Part shown: positions 44,901 to 56,614 of the stretch, piece by piece | Numbering within the stretch: the first letter of the stretch is position 1 | Layout of the letters: every line of letters starts with the position of its first letter | DNA from: the human T2T-CHM13v2.0 reference genome, Homo sapiens | Length of the DNA stretch: 64,000 nucleotides | Strand: one strand, 5' to 3' | Assembly (NCBI RefSeq): GCF_009914755.1 | Contig: NC_060925.1 | Notes under the pieces: generated by a model | Database searches by the model: none | Told to the model about the DNA's origin: nothing | What the model saw: only the letters and a program-made list of their open reading frames with translations | Program-made: the position numbers and the translations under genes

Positions 44901-45385
44901 GCAAATTCCACAAAAACAGTGTTTCAAATCTGCTCTCTCTAAATGAAAGTTGAACTCTGTCAGTTGAATACACACAACACAAGGAAGTTACTGAGAATTC
45001 TTCTGTCTAGCATAATATGAAGAAATCCCGTTTCCAACGAAGGCCTCAAAGGGGTCTGAATATCCACTTGCAGACTTTATAAACAGAGTGTTTACTAACT
45101 GCTCTAGGAAAAGAAAGGTTAAACTCTGTGAGTTGAACACACACATCACAAAGGAGTTTCTGAAAATCATTCTGTCTAGTTTTTCTACGAAGATATTTCC
45201 TTTTCTACTATTGACCTCAAAGCGGCTGAAATCTCCACTTGCAAATTCCACAAAAAGAGTGTTTCAAGTCTGCTCTGTGTAAAGGATCGTTCAACTCTGT
45301 GAGTTGAATACACACAACACAAGGAAGTTACTGAGAATTCTTCTGTCTAGCAGAATATGAAGAAATCCCGTTTCCAACGAAGGCC
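41953..45385. repeat. Partial, slightly diverged duplication with 2036-bp offset (12-mer carrying the 4-bp deletion)
   Basis: gacatcaaagtggctg ~42161/44198, tttacagag deletion ~42368/44404, aagttgaact 42911/44947, ctaggaaaag 43068/45104, ctgaaaatc ~43124/45160. A few copy-specific SNVs occur near 42818, 42966 and 44871. Confidence 0.85.
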
Positions 45386-45675
45386 TCTAGGAATTCTGAA
45401 TATCCACTTGCAGACTTTACAAACAGAGTGTTTCCTAACTGCTCTATGAACAGAAAGGTTAAACTCTGTGAGTTGAACGAACACATCACAACGCAGTTTG
45501 TGCGAATGATTCTGTCTAGTTTTGAAACGAAGATATTTCCTTTTCTGCCGTTGACCTTAAAGCGCTTGAAATCTACACTTGCAAATTGCACAAATAGAGT
45601 GTTTCAAATCTGCTCTGTCTAAGGGAACGTTCAACTCTGTGAGTTGAATGCACACAACACAAGGAAGTTACTGGG
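44656..45675 (-). repeat. Only minimal 3-dimer (6-mer, 1020-bp) HOR period in the window
   Basis: B-type dimers are 1020 bp apart here (marker ORF ends 44975 and 45995), in the order B-C-A'-B. This matches the ~1-kb 6-mer canonical length described for the chr1/5/19 HOR. Confidence 0.8.
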
Positions 45676-46712
45676 AATTCTTCTGTCTAGCCTTACATGA
45701 AAAAAACCCGTTTCCAACGAAGGCCTCTAAGTGGTCAAAATATCCACGTGCAGACTTTACAAACAGAGTGTTTCCAAACCGCTGAATGAAAAGAAAAGTT
45801 AAACTCTGAGAGTTGAACGCACACATCACGCAGCAGTTTCTGAGAATGATTCTGTCTAGTTTTTATACGAATATATTTCCTTTTCTGCCTTTGGCCCCAA
45901 AGCGCTTGAAATCTCCACTTGCAAATTCCACAAAAACAGTGTTTCAAATCTGCTCTCTCTAAATGAAAGTTCAACTCTGTCAGTTGAATACACACAACAC
46001 AAGGAAGTTACTGAGAATTCTTCTGTCTAGCATAATATGAAGAAATCCCGTTTCCAACGAAGGCCTCAAAGGGGTCTGAATATCCACTTGCAGACTTTAT
46101 AAAAAGAGTGTTTACTAACTGCTCTATGAAAAGAAAGGTTAAAGTCTGTGAGTTGAACACACACATCACAAAGGAGTTTCTGAGAATCATTCTGTCTAGT
46201 TTTTCTACGAAGATATTTCCTTTTCTACTATTGACCTCAAAGCGGCTGAAATCTACACTTGCAAATTCCACAAAAAGAGTGTTTCAAGTCTGCTCTGTGT
46301 AAAGGATCGTTCAACTCTGTGAGTTGAATACACACAACACAAGGAAGTTACTGAGAATTCTTCTGTCTAGCAGAATATGAAGAAATCCCGTTTCCAACGA
46401 AGGCCTCAAGGAGGTCTGAATATCCACTTGCAGACTTTACAAACAGATTGTTTCCTAACTGCTCTATGAACAGAAAGGTTAAACTCTGTGAGTTGAACGC
46501 ACACATCACAAAGGAGTTTCTGAGAATCATTCTGTCTAGTCTTTATACGAAGATATTTCCTATTCTACCATTGACCTCAAACGGCTGAAATCTCCACTTG
46601 CAAATTCCACAAAAAGAGTGTTTCAAGTCCGCTCTGTGTAAAGGATCGTTCAACTCTGTGAGTTGAATACACACAACACAAGGAAGTTACTGAGAATTAT
46701 TCTCTCTAGCAA

Positions 46713-49700
46713 AATATGAAGAAATCCCGTTTCCAACGAAGGCCTCAAAGAGGTCTGAATATCCACTTGCAGACTTTACAAACAGAGTGTTTCCTAACTG
46801 CTCTATGAGAAGAAAAGTTAAACTCTGTGAGTTGAACGCACACATCACAAAAGATTTTCTGAGAATCATTCTGTCTAGTCTTTATATGAAGATAGTTTCC
46901 TTTTCTACCATTGACCTCAAAGCGGCTGTAATCTCCACTTGCAAATTCCACAAAAAGAGTGTTTCAAGTCTGCTCTGTGTAAAGGATCGTTCAACTCTGT
47001 GAGTTGAATACACACAACACAAGGAAGTTACTGAGAATTCTTCTGTCTAGCAGAATATGAAGAAATCCCGTTTCCAACGAAGGCCACAAGATGTCAGAAT
47101 ATCCACTTACAGACTTTACAAACAGAGTGTTTCCTAACTGCTCTATGAACAGAAAGGTTAAACTCCGTGAGTTGAACGAACACATCACAACGCAGTTTGT
47201 GGGAATGATTCTGTCTAGTTTTGAAACGAAGATATTTCCTTTTCTGCCGTTGACCTTAAAGCACTTGAAATCTACACTTGCAAATTGCACAAATAGAGTG
47301 TTTCAAATCTGCTCTGTCTAAGGGAACGTTCAACTCTGTGAGTTGAATGCACACAACACAAGGAAGTTACTGGGAATTCTTCTGTCTAGCCTTACATGAA
47401 AAAAACCCGTTTCCAACGAAGGCCTCTAAGTGGTCAAAATATCCACGTGCAGACTTTACAAACAGAGTGTTTCCAAACCGCTGAATGAAAAGAAAAGTTA
47501 AACTCTGAGAGTTGAACGCACACATCACGCAGCAGATTCTGAGAATGATTCTGTCTAGTTTTTATACGAAGATATTTCCTTTTCTGCCTTTGGCCCCAAA
47601 GCGCTTGAAATCTCCACTTGCAAATTCCACAAAAACAGTGTTTCAAATCTGCTCTCTCTAAATGAAAGTTCAACTCTGTCAGTTGAATACACACAACACA
47701 AGGAAGTTACTGAGAATTCTTCTGTCTAGCATAATATGAAGAAATCCCGTTTCCAACGAAGGCCTCAAAGGGGTCTGAATATCCACTTGCAGACTTTATA
47801 AACAGAGTGTTTACTAACTGCTCTATGAAAAGAAAGGTTAAACTCTGTGAGTTGAACACACACATCACAAAGGAGTTTCTGAGAATCATTCTGTCTAGTT
47901 TTTCTACGAAGATATTTCCTTTTCTACTATTGACCTCAAATCGGCTGAAATCTCCACTTGCAAATTCCACAAAAAGAGTGTTTCAAGTCTGCTCTGTGTA
48001 AAGGATCGTTCAACTCTGTGAGTAGAATACACACAACACAAGGAAGTTACTGAGAATTCTTCTGTCTAGCAGAATATGAAGAAATCCCGTTTCCAACGAA
48101 GGCCTCAAGGAGGTCTGAATATCCACTTGCAGACTTTTCAAACAGAGTGTTTCCTAACTGCTCTATGAAAAGAAAGGTTAAACTCTGTGAGTTGAACGCA
48201 CACATCACAAAGGAGTTTATGAGAATCATTCTGTCTAGTTTCTATAAGAAGATATTTCCTATTCTACCATTGACCTCAAAGCGGCTGAAATCTCCACTTG
48301 CAAATTCGACAAAAAGAGTGTTTCAAGCCTGCTCTCTGTAAAGGATCCTTCAACTCTGTGAGTTGAATACACACAACACAAGGAAGTTACTGAGAATTAT
48401 TCTGTCTAGCAAAATATGAAGAAATCCCGTTTCCAACGAAGGCCTCAAAGAGGTCTGAATATCCACTTGCAGACTTTACAAACAGAGTGTTTCCTAACTG
48501 CTCTATGAGAAGAAAAGTTAAACTCTGTGAGTTGAACGCACACATCACAAAGGAGTTTCTGAGAATCGTTCTGTCTAGTTTCTATAGGAAGATATTTCCT
48601 ATTCTACCATTGACCTCAAAGCGGCTGAAATCTCCAGTTGCAAATTCCACAAAAAGAATGTTTCAAGTCTGCTCTGTGTAAAGGATCGTTCAACTCTGTG
48701 AGTTGAATACACACAACACAAGGAAGTTACTGAGAATTATTCTGTCTAGCATAATATGAAGAAATCCCGTTTCCAACGAAGGCCTCAAAGAGGTCTGAAT
48801 ATCCACTTGCAGACTTTACAAACAGAGTGTTTCCTAACTGCTCTATGAAAAGAAAAGTTAAACTCTGTGAGTTGAACGCACACATCACAAAGGAGTTTAT
48901 GAGAATCATTCTGTCTAGTCTTTATACGAAGATATTTCCTTATCTACCATTGACCTCAAAGCGGCTGAAATCTCCACTTGCAAATTCCACAAAAAGAGTG
49001 TTTCAAGTCTGCTCTGTGTAAAGGATCGTTCAACTCTGTGAGTTGAATACACACAACACAAAGAAGTTACTGAGAATTCTTCTGTCTAGCAGAATATGAA
49101 GAAATCCCGTTTCCAACGAAGGCCTCAAGGAGGTCTGAATATCCACTTGCAGACTTTACAAACAGAGTGTTTCCTAACTGCTCTATGAACAGAAAGGTTA
49201 AACTCTGTGAGTTGAACGCACACATCACAAAGGAGTTTCTGAGAATCATTCTGTCTAGTCTTTATACGAAGATATTTCCTATTCTACCATTGACCTCAAA
49301 GCGGCTGAAATCTCCACTTGCAAATTCCACAAAAAGAGTGTTTCAAGTCTGCTCTGTGTAAAGGATCATTCAACTCTGTGAGTTGAATAAACACAACACA
49401 AGGAAGTTACTGAGAATTCTTCTGTCTAGCAGAATATGAAGAAATCCCGTTTCCAACGAAGGCCTCAAAGAGGTCTGAATATCCACTTGCAGACTTTACA
49501 AACAGAGTGTTTCCTAACTGCTCTATGAGAAGAAAAGTTAAACTCTGTGAGTTGAACGCACACATCACAAAAGATTTTCTGAGAATCATTCTGTCTAGTC
49601 TTTATAAGAAGATAGTTTCCTTTTCTACCATTGACCTCAAAGCGGCTGAAATCTCCACTTGCAAATTCCACAAAAAGAGTGTTTCAAGTCTGCTCTGTGT

Positions 49701-52700
49701 AAAGGATCGTACAACTCTGTGAGTTGAATACACACAACACAAGGATGTTACTGAGAATTCTTCTGTCTAGCAGAATATGAAGAAATACCGTTTCCACCGA
49801 AGGCCTCAAGGAGGTCTGAATATCCACTTGCAGACTTTACAAACAGGGTGTTTCCTAACTGCTCTATGAACAGAAAGGTTAAACTCTGTGAGTTGAACGC
49901 ACACATCACAAAGGAGTTTCTGAGAATCATTCTGTCTAGTCTTTATACGAAGATATTTCCTTTTCTACCATTGACCTCAAAGCGGCTGAAATCTCCACTT
50001 GCAAATTCCACAAAAAGAGTGTTTCAAGTCTGCTCTGTGTAAAGGATCGTTCAACTCTGTGAGTTGAATACACACAACACAAGGAAGTTACTGAGAATTC
50101 TTCTGTCTAGCAGAATATTAAGAAATACCGTTTCCAACGAAGGCCTCAAGGAGGTCTGAATATCCACTTGCAGACTTTACAAACAGAGTGTTTCCTAACT
50201 GCTCTATGAACAGAAAGGTTAAACTCTGTGAGTTGAACGAACACATCACAACGCAGTTTGTGGGAATGATTCTGTCTAGTTTTGAAACGAAGATATTTCC
50301 TTTTCTGCCATTGACCTTAAAGCGCTTGAAATCTCCACTTGCAAATTGCACAAATAGAGTGTTTCAAATCTGCTCTGTCTAAGGGAACGTTCAACTCTGT
50401 GAGTTGAATGCACACAACACAAGGAAGTTACTGGGAATTCTTCTGTCTAGCCTTACATGAAAAAAACCCGTTTCCCACGAAGGCCTCTAAGTGGTCAAAA
50501 TATCCACGTGCAGACTTTACAAACAGAGTGTTTCCAAACCGCTGAATGAAAAGAAAAGTTAAACTCTGAGAGTTGAACGCACACATCACGCAGCAGTTTC
50601 TGAGAATGATTCTGCCTAGTTTTTATACGAAGATATTTCCTTTTCTGCCTTTGGCCCCGAAGCGCTTGAAATCTCCAATTGCAAATTCCACAAAAACAGT
50701 GTTTCAAATCTGCTCCCTCTAAATGAAAGTTCAACTCTGTCAGTTGAATACACACAACACAAGGAAGTTACTGAGAATTCTTCTGTCTAGCATAATATGA
50801 AGAAATCCCGTTTCCAACGAAGGCCTCAAAGGGGTCTGAATATCCACTTGCAGACTTTATAAAAAGAGTGTTTACTAACTGCTCTATGAAAAGAAAGGTT
50901 AAACTCTGTGAGTTGAACACACACATCACAAAGGAGTTTCTGAGAATCATTCTGTCTAGTTTTTCTACGAAGATATTTCCTTTTCTACTATTGACCTGAA
51001 AGCGGCTGAAATCTCCACTTGCAAATTCCACAAAAAGAGTGTTTCAAGTCTGCTCTGTGTAAAGGATCGTTCAACTCTGTGAGTTGAATACACACAACAC
51101 AAGGAAGTTACTGAGAATTCTTCTGTCTAGCAGAATATGAAGAAATCCCGTTTCCAACGAAGGCCTCAAAGAGGTCTGAATATCCACTTGCAGACTTTAC
51201 AAACAGAGTGTTTCCTAACTGCTCTATGAAAAGAAAGGTTAAACTCTGTGAGTTGAACGCACACATCACAAAGGAGTTTCTGAGAATCGTTCTGTCTAGT
51301 TTCTATAGGAAGATATTTCCTATTCTACCATTGACCTCAAAACAGCTGAAATCTCCACTTGCAAATTCCACAAAAAGAATGTTTCAAGTCTGCTCTGTGT
51401 AAAGGATCGTTCAACTCTGGGAGTTGAATACACACAACACAAGGAAGTTACTGAGAATTATTCTGTCTAGCATAATATGAAGAAATCCCGTTTCCAACGA
51501 AGGCCTCAAAGAGATCTGAATATCCACTTGCAGACTTTACAAACAGAGTGTTTCCTAACTGCTCTATGAAAAGTAAAGTTAAACTCTGTGAGTTGAACGC
51601 ACACATCACAAAGGAGTTTATGAGAATCATTCTGTCTAGTCTTTATACGAAGATATTTCCTTTTCTACCATTGACCTCAAAGCGGCTGAAATCTCCACTT
51701 GCAAATTCCACAAAAAGAGTGTTTCAAGTCTGCTCTGTGTAAAGGATCGTTCAACTCTGTGAGTTGAATACACACAACACAAGGAAGTTACTGAGAATTC
51801 TTCTGTCTAGCAGAATATGAAGAAATCCCGTTTCCAACGAAGGCCTCAAAGAGGTCTGAATATCCACTTGCAGACTTTACAAACAGAGTGTTTCCTAACT
51901 GCTCTATGAGAAGAAAAGTTAAACTCTGTGAGTTGAACGCACACATCACAAAAGATTTTCTGAGAATCATTCTGTCTAGTCTTTATATGAAGATAGTTTC
52001 CTTTTCTACCATTGACCTCAAAGCGGCTGTAATCTCCACTTGCAAATTCCACAAAAAGAGTGTTTCAAGTCTGCTCTGTGTAAAGGATCGTTCAACTCTG
52101 TGAGTTGAATACACACAACACAAGGAAGTTACTGAGAATTCTTCTGTCTAGCAGAATATGAAGAAATCCCGTTTCCAACGAAGGCCACAAGATGTCAGAA
52201 TATCCACTTACAGACTTTACAAACAGAGTGTTTCCTAACTGCTCTATGAACAGAAAGGTTAAACTCCGTGAGTTGAACGAACACATCACAACGCAGTTTG
52301 TGGGAATGATTCTGTCTAGTTTTGAAACGAAGATATTTCCTTTTCTGCCGTTGACCTTAAAGCACTTGAAATCTACACTTGCAAATTGCACAAATAGAGT
52401 GTTTCAAATCTGCTCTGTCTAAGGGAACGTTCAACTCTGTGAGTTGAATGCACACAACACAAGGAAGTTACTGGGAATTCTTCTGTCTAGCCTTACATGA
52501 AAAAAACCCGTTTCCAACGAAGGCCTCTAAGTGGTCAAAATATCCACGTGCAGACTTTACAAACAGAGTGTTTCCAAACCGCTGAATGAAAAGAAAAGTT
52601 AAACTCTGAGAGTTGAACGCACACATCACGCAGCAGATTCTGAGAATGATTCTGTCTAGTTTTTATACGAAGATATTTCCTTTTCTGCCTTTGGCCCCAA

Positions 52701-55700
52701 AGCGCTTGAAATCTCCACTTGCAAATTCCACAAAAACAGTGTTTCAAATCTGCTCTCTCTAAATGAAAGTTCAACTCTGTCAGTTGAATACACACAACAC
52801 AAGGAAGTTACTGAGAATTCTTCTGTCTAGCATAATATGAAGAAATCCCGTTTCCAACGAAGGCCTCAAAGGGGTCTGAATATCCACTTGCAGACTTTAT
52901 AAACAGAGTGTTTACTAACTGCTCTATGAAAAGAAAGGTTAAACTCTGTGAGTTGAACACACACATCACAAAGGAGTTTCTGAGAATCATTCTGTCTAGT
53001 TTTTCTACGAAGATATTTCCTTTTCTACTATTGACCTCAAATCGGCTGAAATCTCCACTTGCAAATTCCACAAAAAGAGTGTTTCAAGTCTGCTCTGTGT
53101 AAAGGATCGTTCAACTCTGTGAGTAGAATACACACAACACAAGGAAGTTACTGAGAATTCTTCTGTCTAGCAGAATATGAAGAAATCCCGTTTCCAACGA
53201 AGGCCTCAAGGAGGTCTGAATATCCACTTGCAGACTTTTCAAACAGAGTGTTTCCTAACTGCTCTATGAAAAGAAAGGTTAAACTCTGTGAGTTGAACGC
53301 ACACATCACAAAGGAGTTTATGAGAATCATTCTGTCTAGTTTCTATAAGAAGATATTTCCTATTCTACCATTGACCTCAAAGCGGCTGAAATCTCCACTT
53401 GCAAATTCGACAAAAAGAGTGTTTCAAGCCTGCTCTCTGTAAAGGATCCTTCAACTCTGTGAGTTGAATACACACAACACAAGGAAGTTACTGAGAATTA
53501 TTCTGTCTAGCAAAATATGAAGAAATCCCGTTTCCAACGAAGGCCTCAAAGAGGTCTGAATATCCACTTGCAGACTTTACAAACAGAGTGTTTCCTAACT
53601 GCTCTATGAGAAGAAAAGTTAAACTCTGTGAGTTGAACGCACACATCACAAAGGAGTTTCTGAGAATCGTTCTGTCTAGTTTCTATAGGAAGATATTTCC
53701 TATTCTACCATTGACCTCAAAGCGGCTGAAATCTCCAGTTGCAAATTCCACAAAAAGAATGTTTCAAGTCTGCTCTGTGTAAAGGATCGTTCAACTCTGT
53801 GAGTTGAATACACACAACACAAGGAAGTTACTGAGAATTATTCTGTCTAGCATAATATGAAGAAATCCCGTTTCCAACGAAGGCCTCAAAGAGGTCTGAA
53901 TATCCACTTGCAGACTTTACAAACAGAGTGTTTCCTAACTGCTCTATGAAAAGAAAAGTTAAACTCTGTGAGTTGAACGCACACATCACAAAGGAGTTTA
54001 TGAGAATCATTCTGTCTAGTCTTTATACGAAGATATTTCCTTATCTACCATTGACCTCAAAGCGGCTGAAATCTCCACTTGCAAATTCCACAAAAAGAGT
54101 GTTTCAAGTCTGCTCTGTGTAAAGGATCGTTCAACTCTGTGAGTTGAATACACACAACACAAAGAAGTTACTGAGAATTCTTCTGTCTAGCAGAATATGA
54201 AGAAATCCCGTTTCCAACGAAGGCCTCAAGGAGGTCTGAATATCCACTTGCAGACTTTACAAACAGAGTGTTTCCTAACTGCTCTATGAACAGAAAGGTT
54301 AAACTCTGTGAGTTGAACGCACACATCACAAAGGAGTTTCTGAGAATCATTCTGTCTAGTCTTTATACGAAGATATTTCCTATTCTACCATTGACCTCAA
54401 AGCGGCTGAAATCTCCACTTGCAAATTCCACAAAAAGAGTGTTTCAAGTCTGCTCTGTGTAAAGGATCATTCAACTCTGTGAGTTGAATAAACACAACAC
54501 AAGGAAGTTACTGAGAATTCTTCTGTCTAGCAGAATATGAAGAAATCCCGTTTCCAACGAAGGCCTCAAAGAGGTCTGAATATCCACTTGCAGACTTTAC
54601 AAACAGAGTGTTTCCTAACTGCTCTATGAGAAGAAAAGTTAAACTCTGTGAGTTGAACGCACACATCACAAAAGATTTTCTGAGAATCATTCTGTCTAGT
54701 CTTTATAAGAAGATAGTTTCCTTTTCTACCATTGACCTCAAAGCGGCTGAAATCTCCACTTGCAAATTCCACAAAAAGAGTGTTTCAAGTCTGCTCTGTG
54801 TAAAGGATCGTACAACTCTGTGAGTTGAATACACACAACACAAGGATGTTACTGAGAATTCTTCTGTCTAGCAGAATATGAAGAAATACCGTTTCCACCG
54901 AAGGCCTCAAGGAGGTCTGAATATCCACTTGCAGACTTTACAAACAGGGTGTTTCCTAACTGCTCTATGAACAGAAAGGTTAAACTCTGTGAGTTGAACG
55001 CACACATCACAAAGGAGTTTCTGAGAATCATTCTGTCTAGTCTTTATACGAAGATATTTCCTTTTCTACCATTGACCTCAAAGCGGCTGAAATCTCCACT
55101 TGCAAATTCCACAAAAAGAGTGTTTCAAGTCTGCTCTGTGTAAAGGATCGTTCAACTCTGTGAGTTGAATACACACAACACAAGGAAGTTACTGAGAATT
55201 CTTCTGTCTAGCAGAATATTAAGAAATAGCGTTTCCAACGAAGGCCTCAAGGAGGTCTGAATATCCACTTGCAGACTTTACAAACAGAGTGTTTCCTAAC
55301 TGCTCTATGAACAGAAAGGTTAAACTCTGTGAGTTGAACGAACACATCACAACGCAGTTTGTGGGAATGATTCTGTCTAGTTTTGAAACGAAGATATTTC
55401 CTTTTCTGCCATTGACCTTAAAGCGCTTGAAATCTCCACTTGCAAATTGCACAAATAGAGTGTTTCAAATCTGCTCTGTCTAAGGGAACGTTCAACTCTG
55501 TGAGTTGAATGCACACAACACAAGGAAGTTACTGGGAATTCTTCTGTCTAGCCTTACATGAAAAAAACCCGTTTCCCACGAAGGCCTCTAAGTGGTCAAA
55601 ATATCCACGTGCAGACTTTACAAACAGAGTGTTTCCAAACCGCTGAATGAAAAGAAAAGTTAAACTCTGAGAGTTGAACGCACACATCACGCAGCAGTTT

Positions 55701-56614
55701 CTGAGAATGATTCTGCCTAGTTTTTATACGAAGATATTTCCTTTTCTGCCTTTGGCCCCGAAGCGCTTGAAATCTCCAATTGCAAATTCCACAAAAACAG
55801 TGTTTCAAATCTGCTCCCTCTAAATGAAAGTTCAACTCTGTCAGTTGAATACACACAACACAAGGAAGTTACTGAGAATTCTTCTGTCTAGCATAATATG
55901 AAGAAATCCCGTTTCCAACGAAGGCCTCAAAGGGGTCTGAATATCCACTTGCAGACTTTATAAAAAGAGTGTTTACTAACTGCTCTATGAAAAGAAAGGT
56001 TAAACTCTGTGAGTTGAACACACACATCACAAAGGAGTTTCTGAGAATCATTCTGTCTAGTTTTTCTACGAAGATATTTCCTTTTCTACTATTGACCTGA
56101 AAGCGGCTGAAATCTCCACTTGCAAATTCCACAAAAAGAGTGTTTCAAGTCTGCTCTGTGTAAAGGATCGTTCAACTCTGTGAGTTGAATACACACAACA
56201 CAAGGAAGTTACTGAGAATTCTTCTGTCTAGCAGAATATGAAGAAATCCCGTTTCCAACGAAGGCCTCAAAGAGGTCTGAATATCCACTTGCAGACTTTA
56301 CAAACAGAGTGTTTCCTAACTGCTCTATGAAAAGAAAGGTTAAACTCTGTGAGTTGAACGCACACATCACAAAGGAGTTTCTGAGAATCGTTCTGTCTAG
56401 TTTCTATAGGAAGATATTTCCTATTCTACCATTGACCTCAAAACAGCTGAAATCTCCACTTGCAAATTCCACAAAAAGAATGTTTCAAGTCTGCTCTGTG
56501 TAAAGGATCGTTCAACTCTGGGAGTTGAATACACACAACACAAGGAAGTTACTGAGAATTATTCTGTCTAGCATAATATGAAGAAATCCCGTTTCCAACG
56601 AAGGCCTCAAAGAG
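46713..56614. repeat. Tandem duplication, 5101-bp unit (15 dimers, 30-mer; 12-mer + 18-mer)
   Basis: Markers at +5101: agcggctgta 46921/52022, aactccgtga 47161/52262, gcacttgaaa 47261/52362, aaggatgtta 49741/54842, tttcccacga 50471/55572, ttgacctgaa 50991/56092, aacagctgaa 51341/56442. Confidence 0.93.

Noticed and set aside
6272-55583. Box variants TCCCGTTTCTAACGAAG (6272) and ACCCGTTTCCCACGAAG (50466, 55567), and the ACCCG start in B dimers, as broken CENP-B boxes
   Set aside because: The changes are at non-essential positions; the nine core bases are intact.
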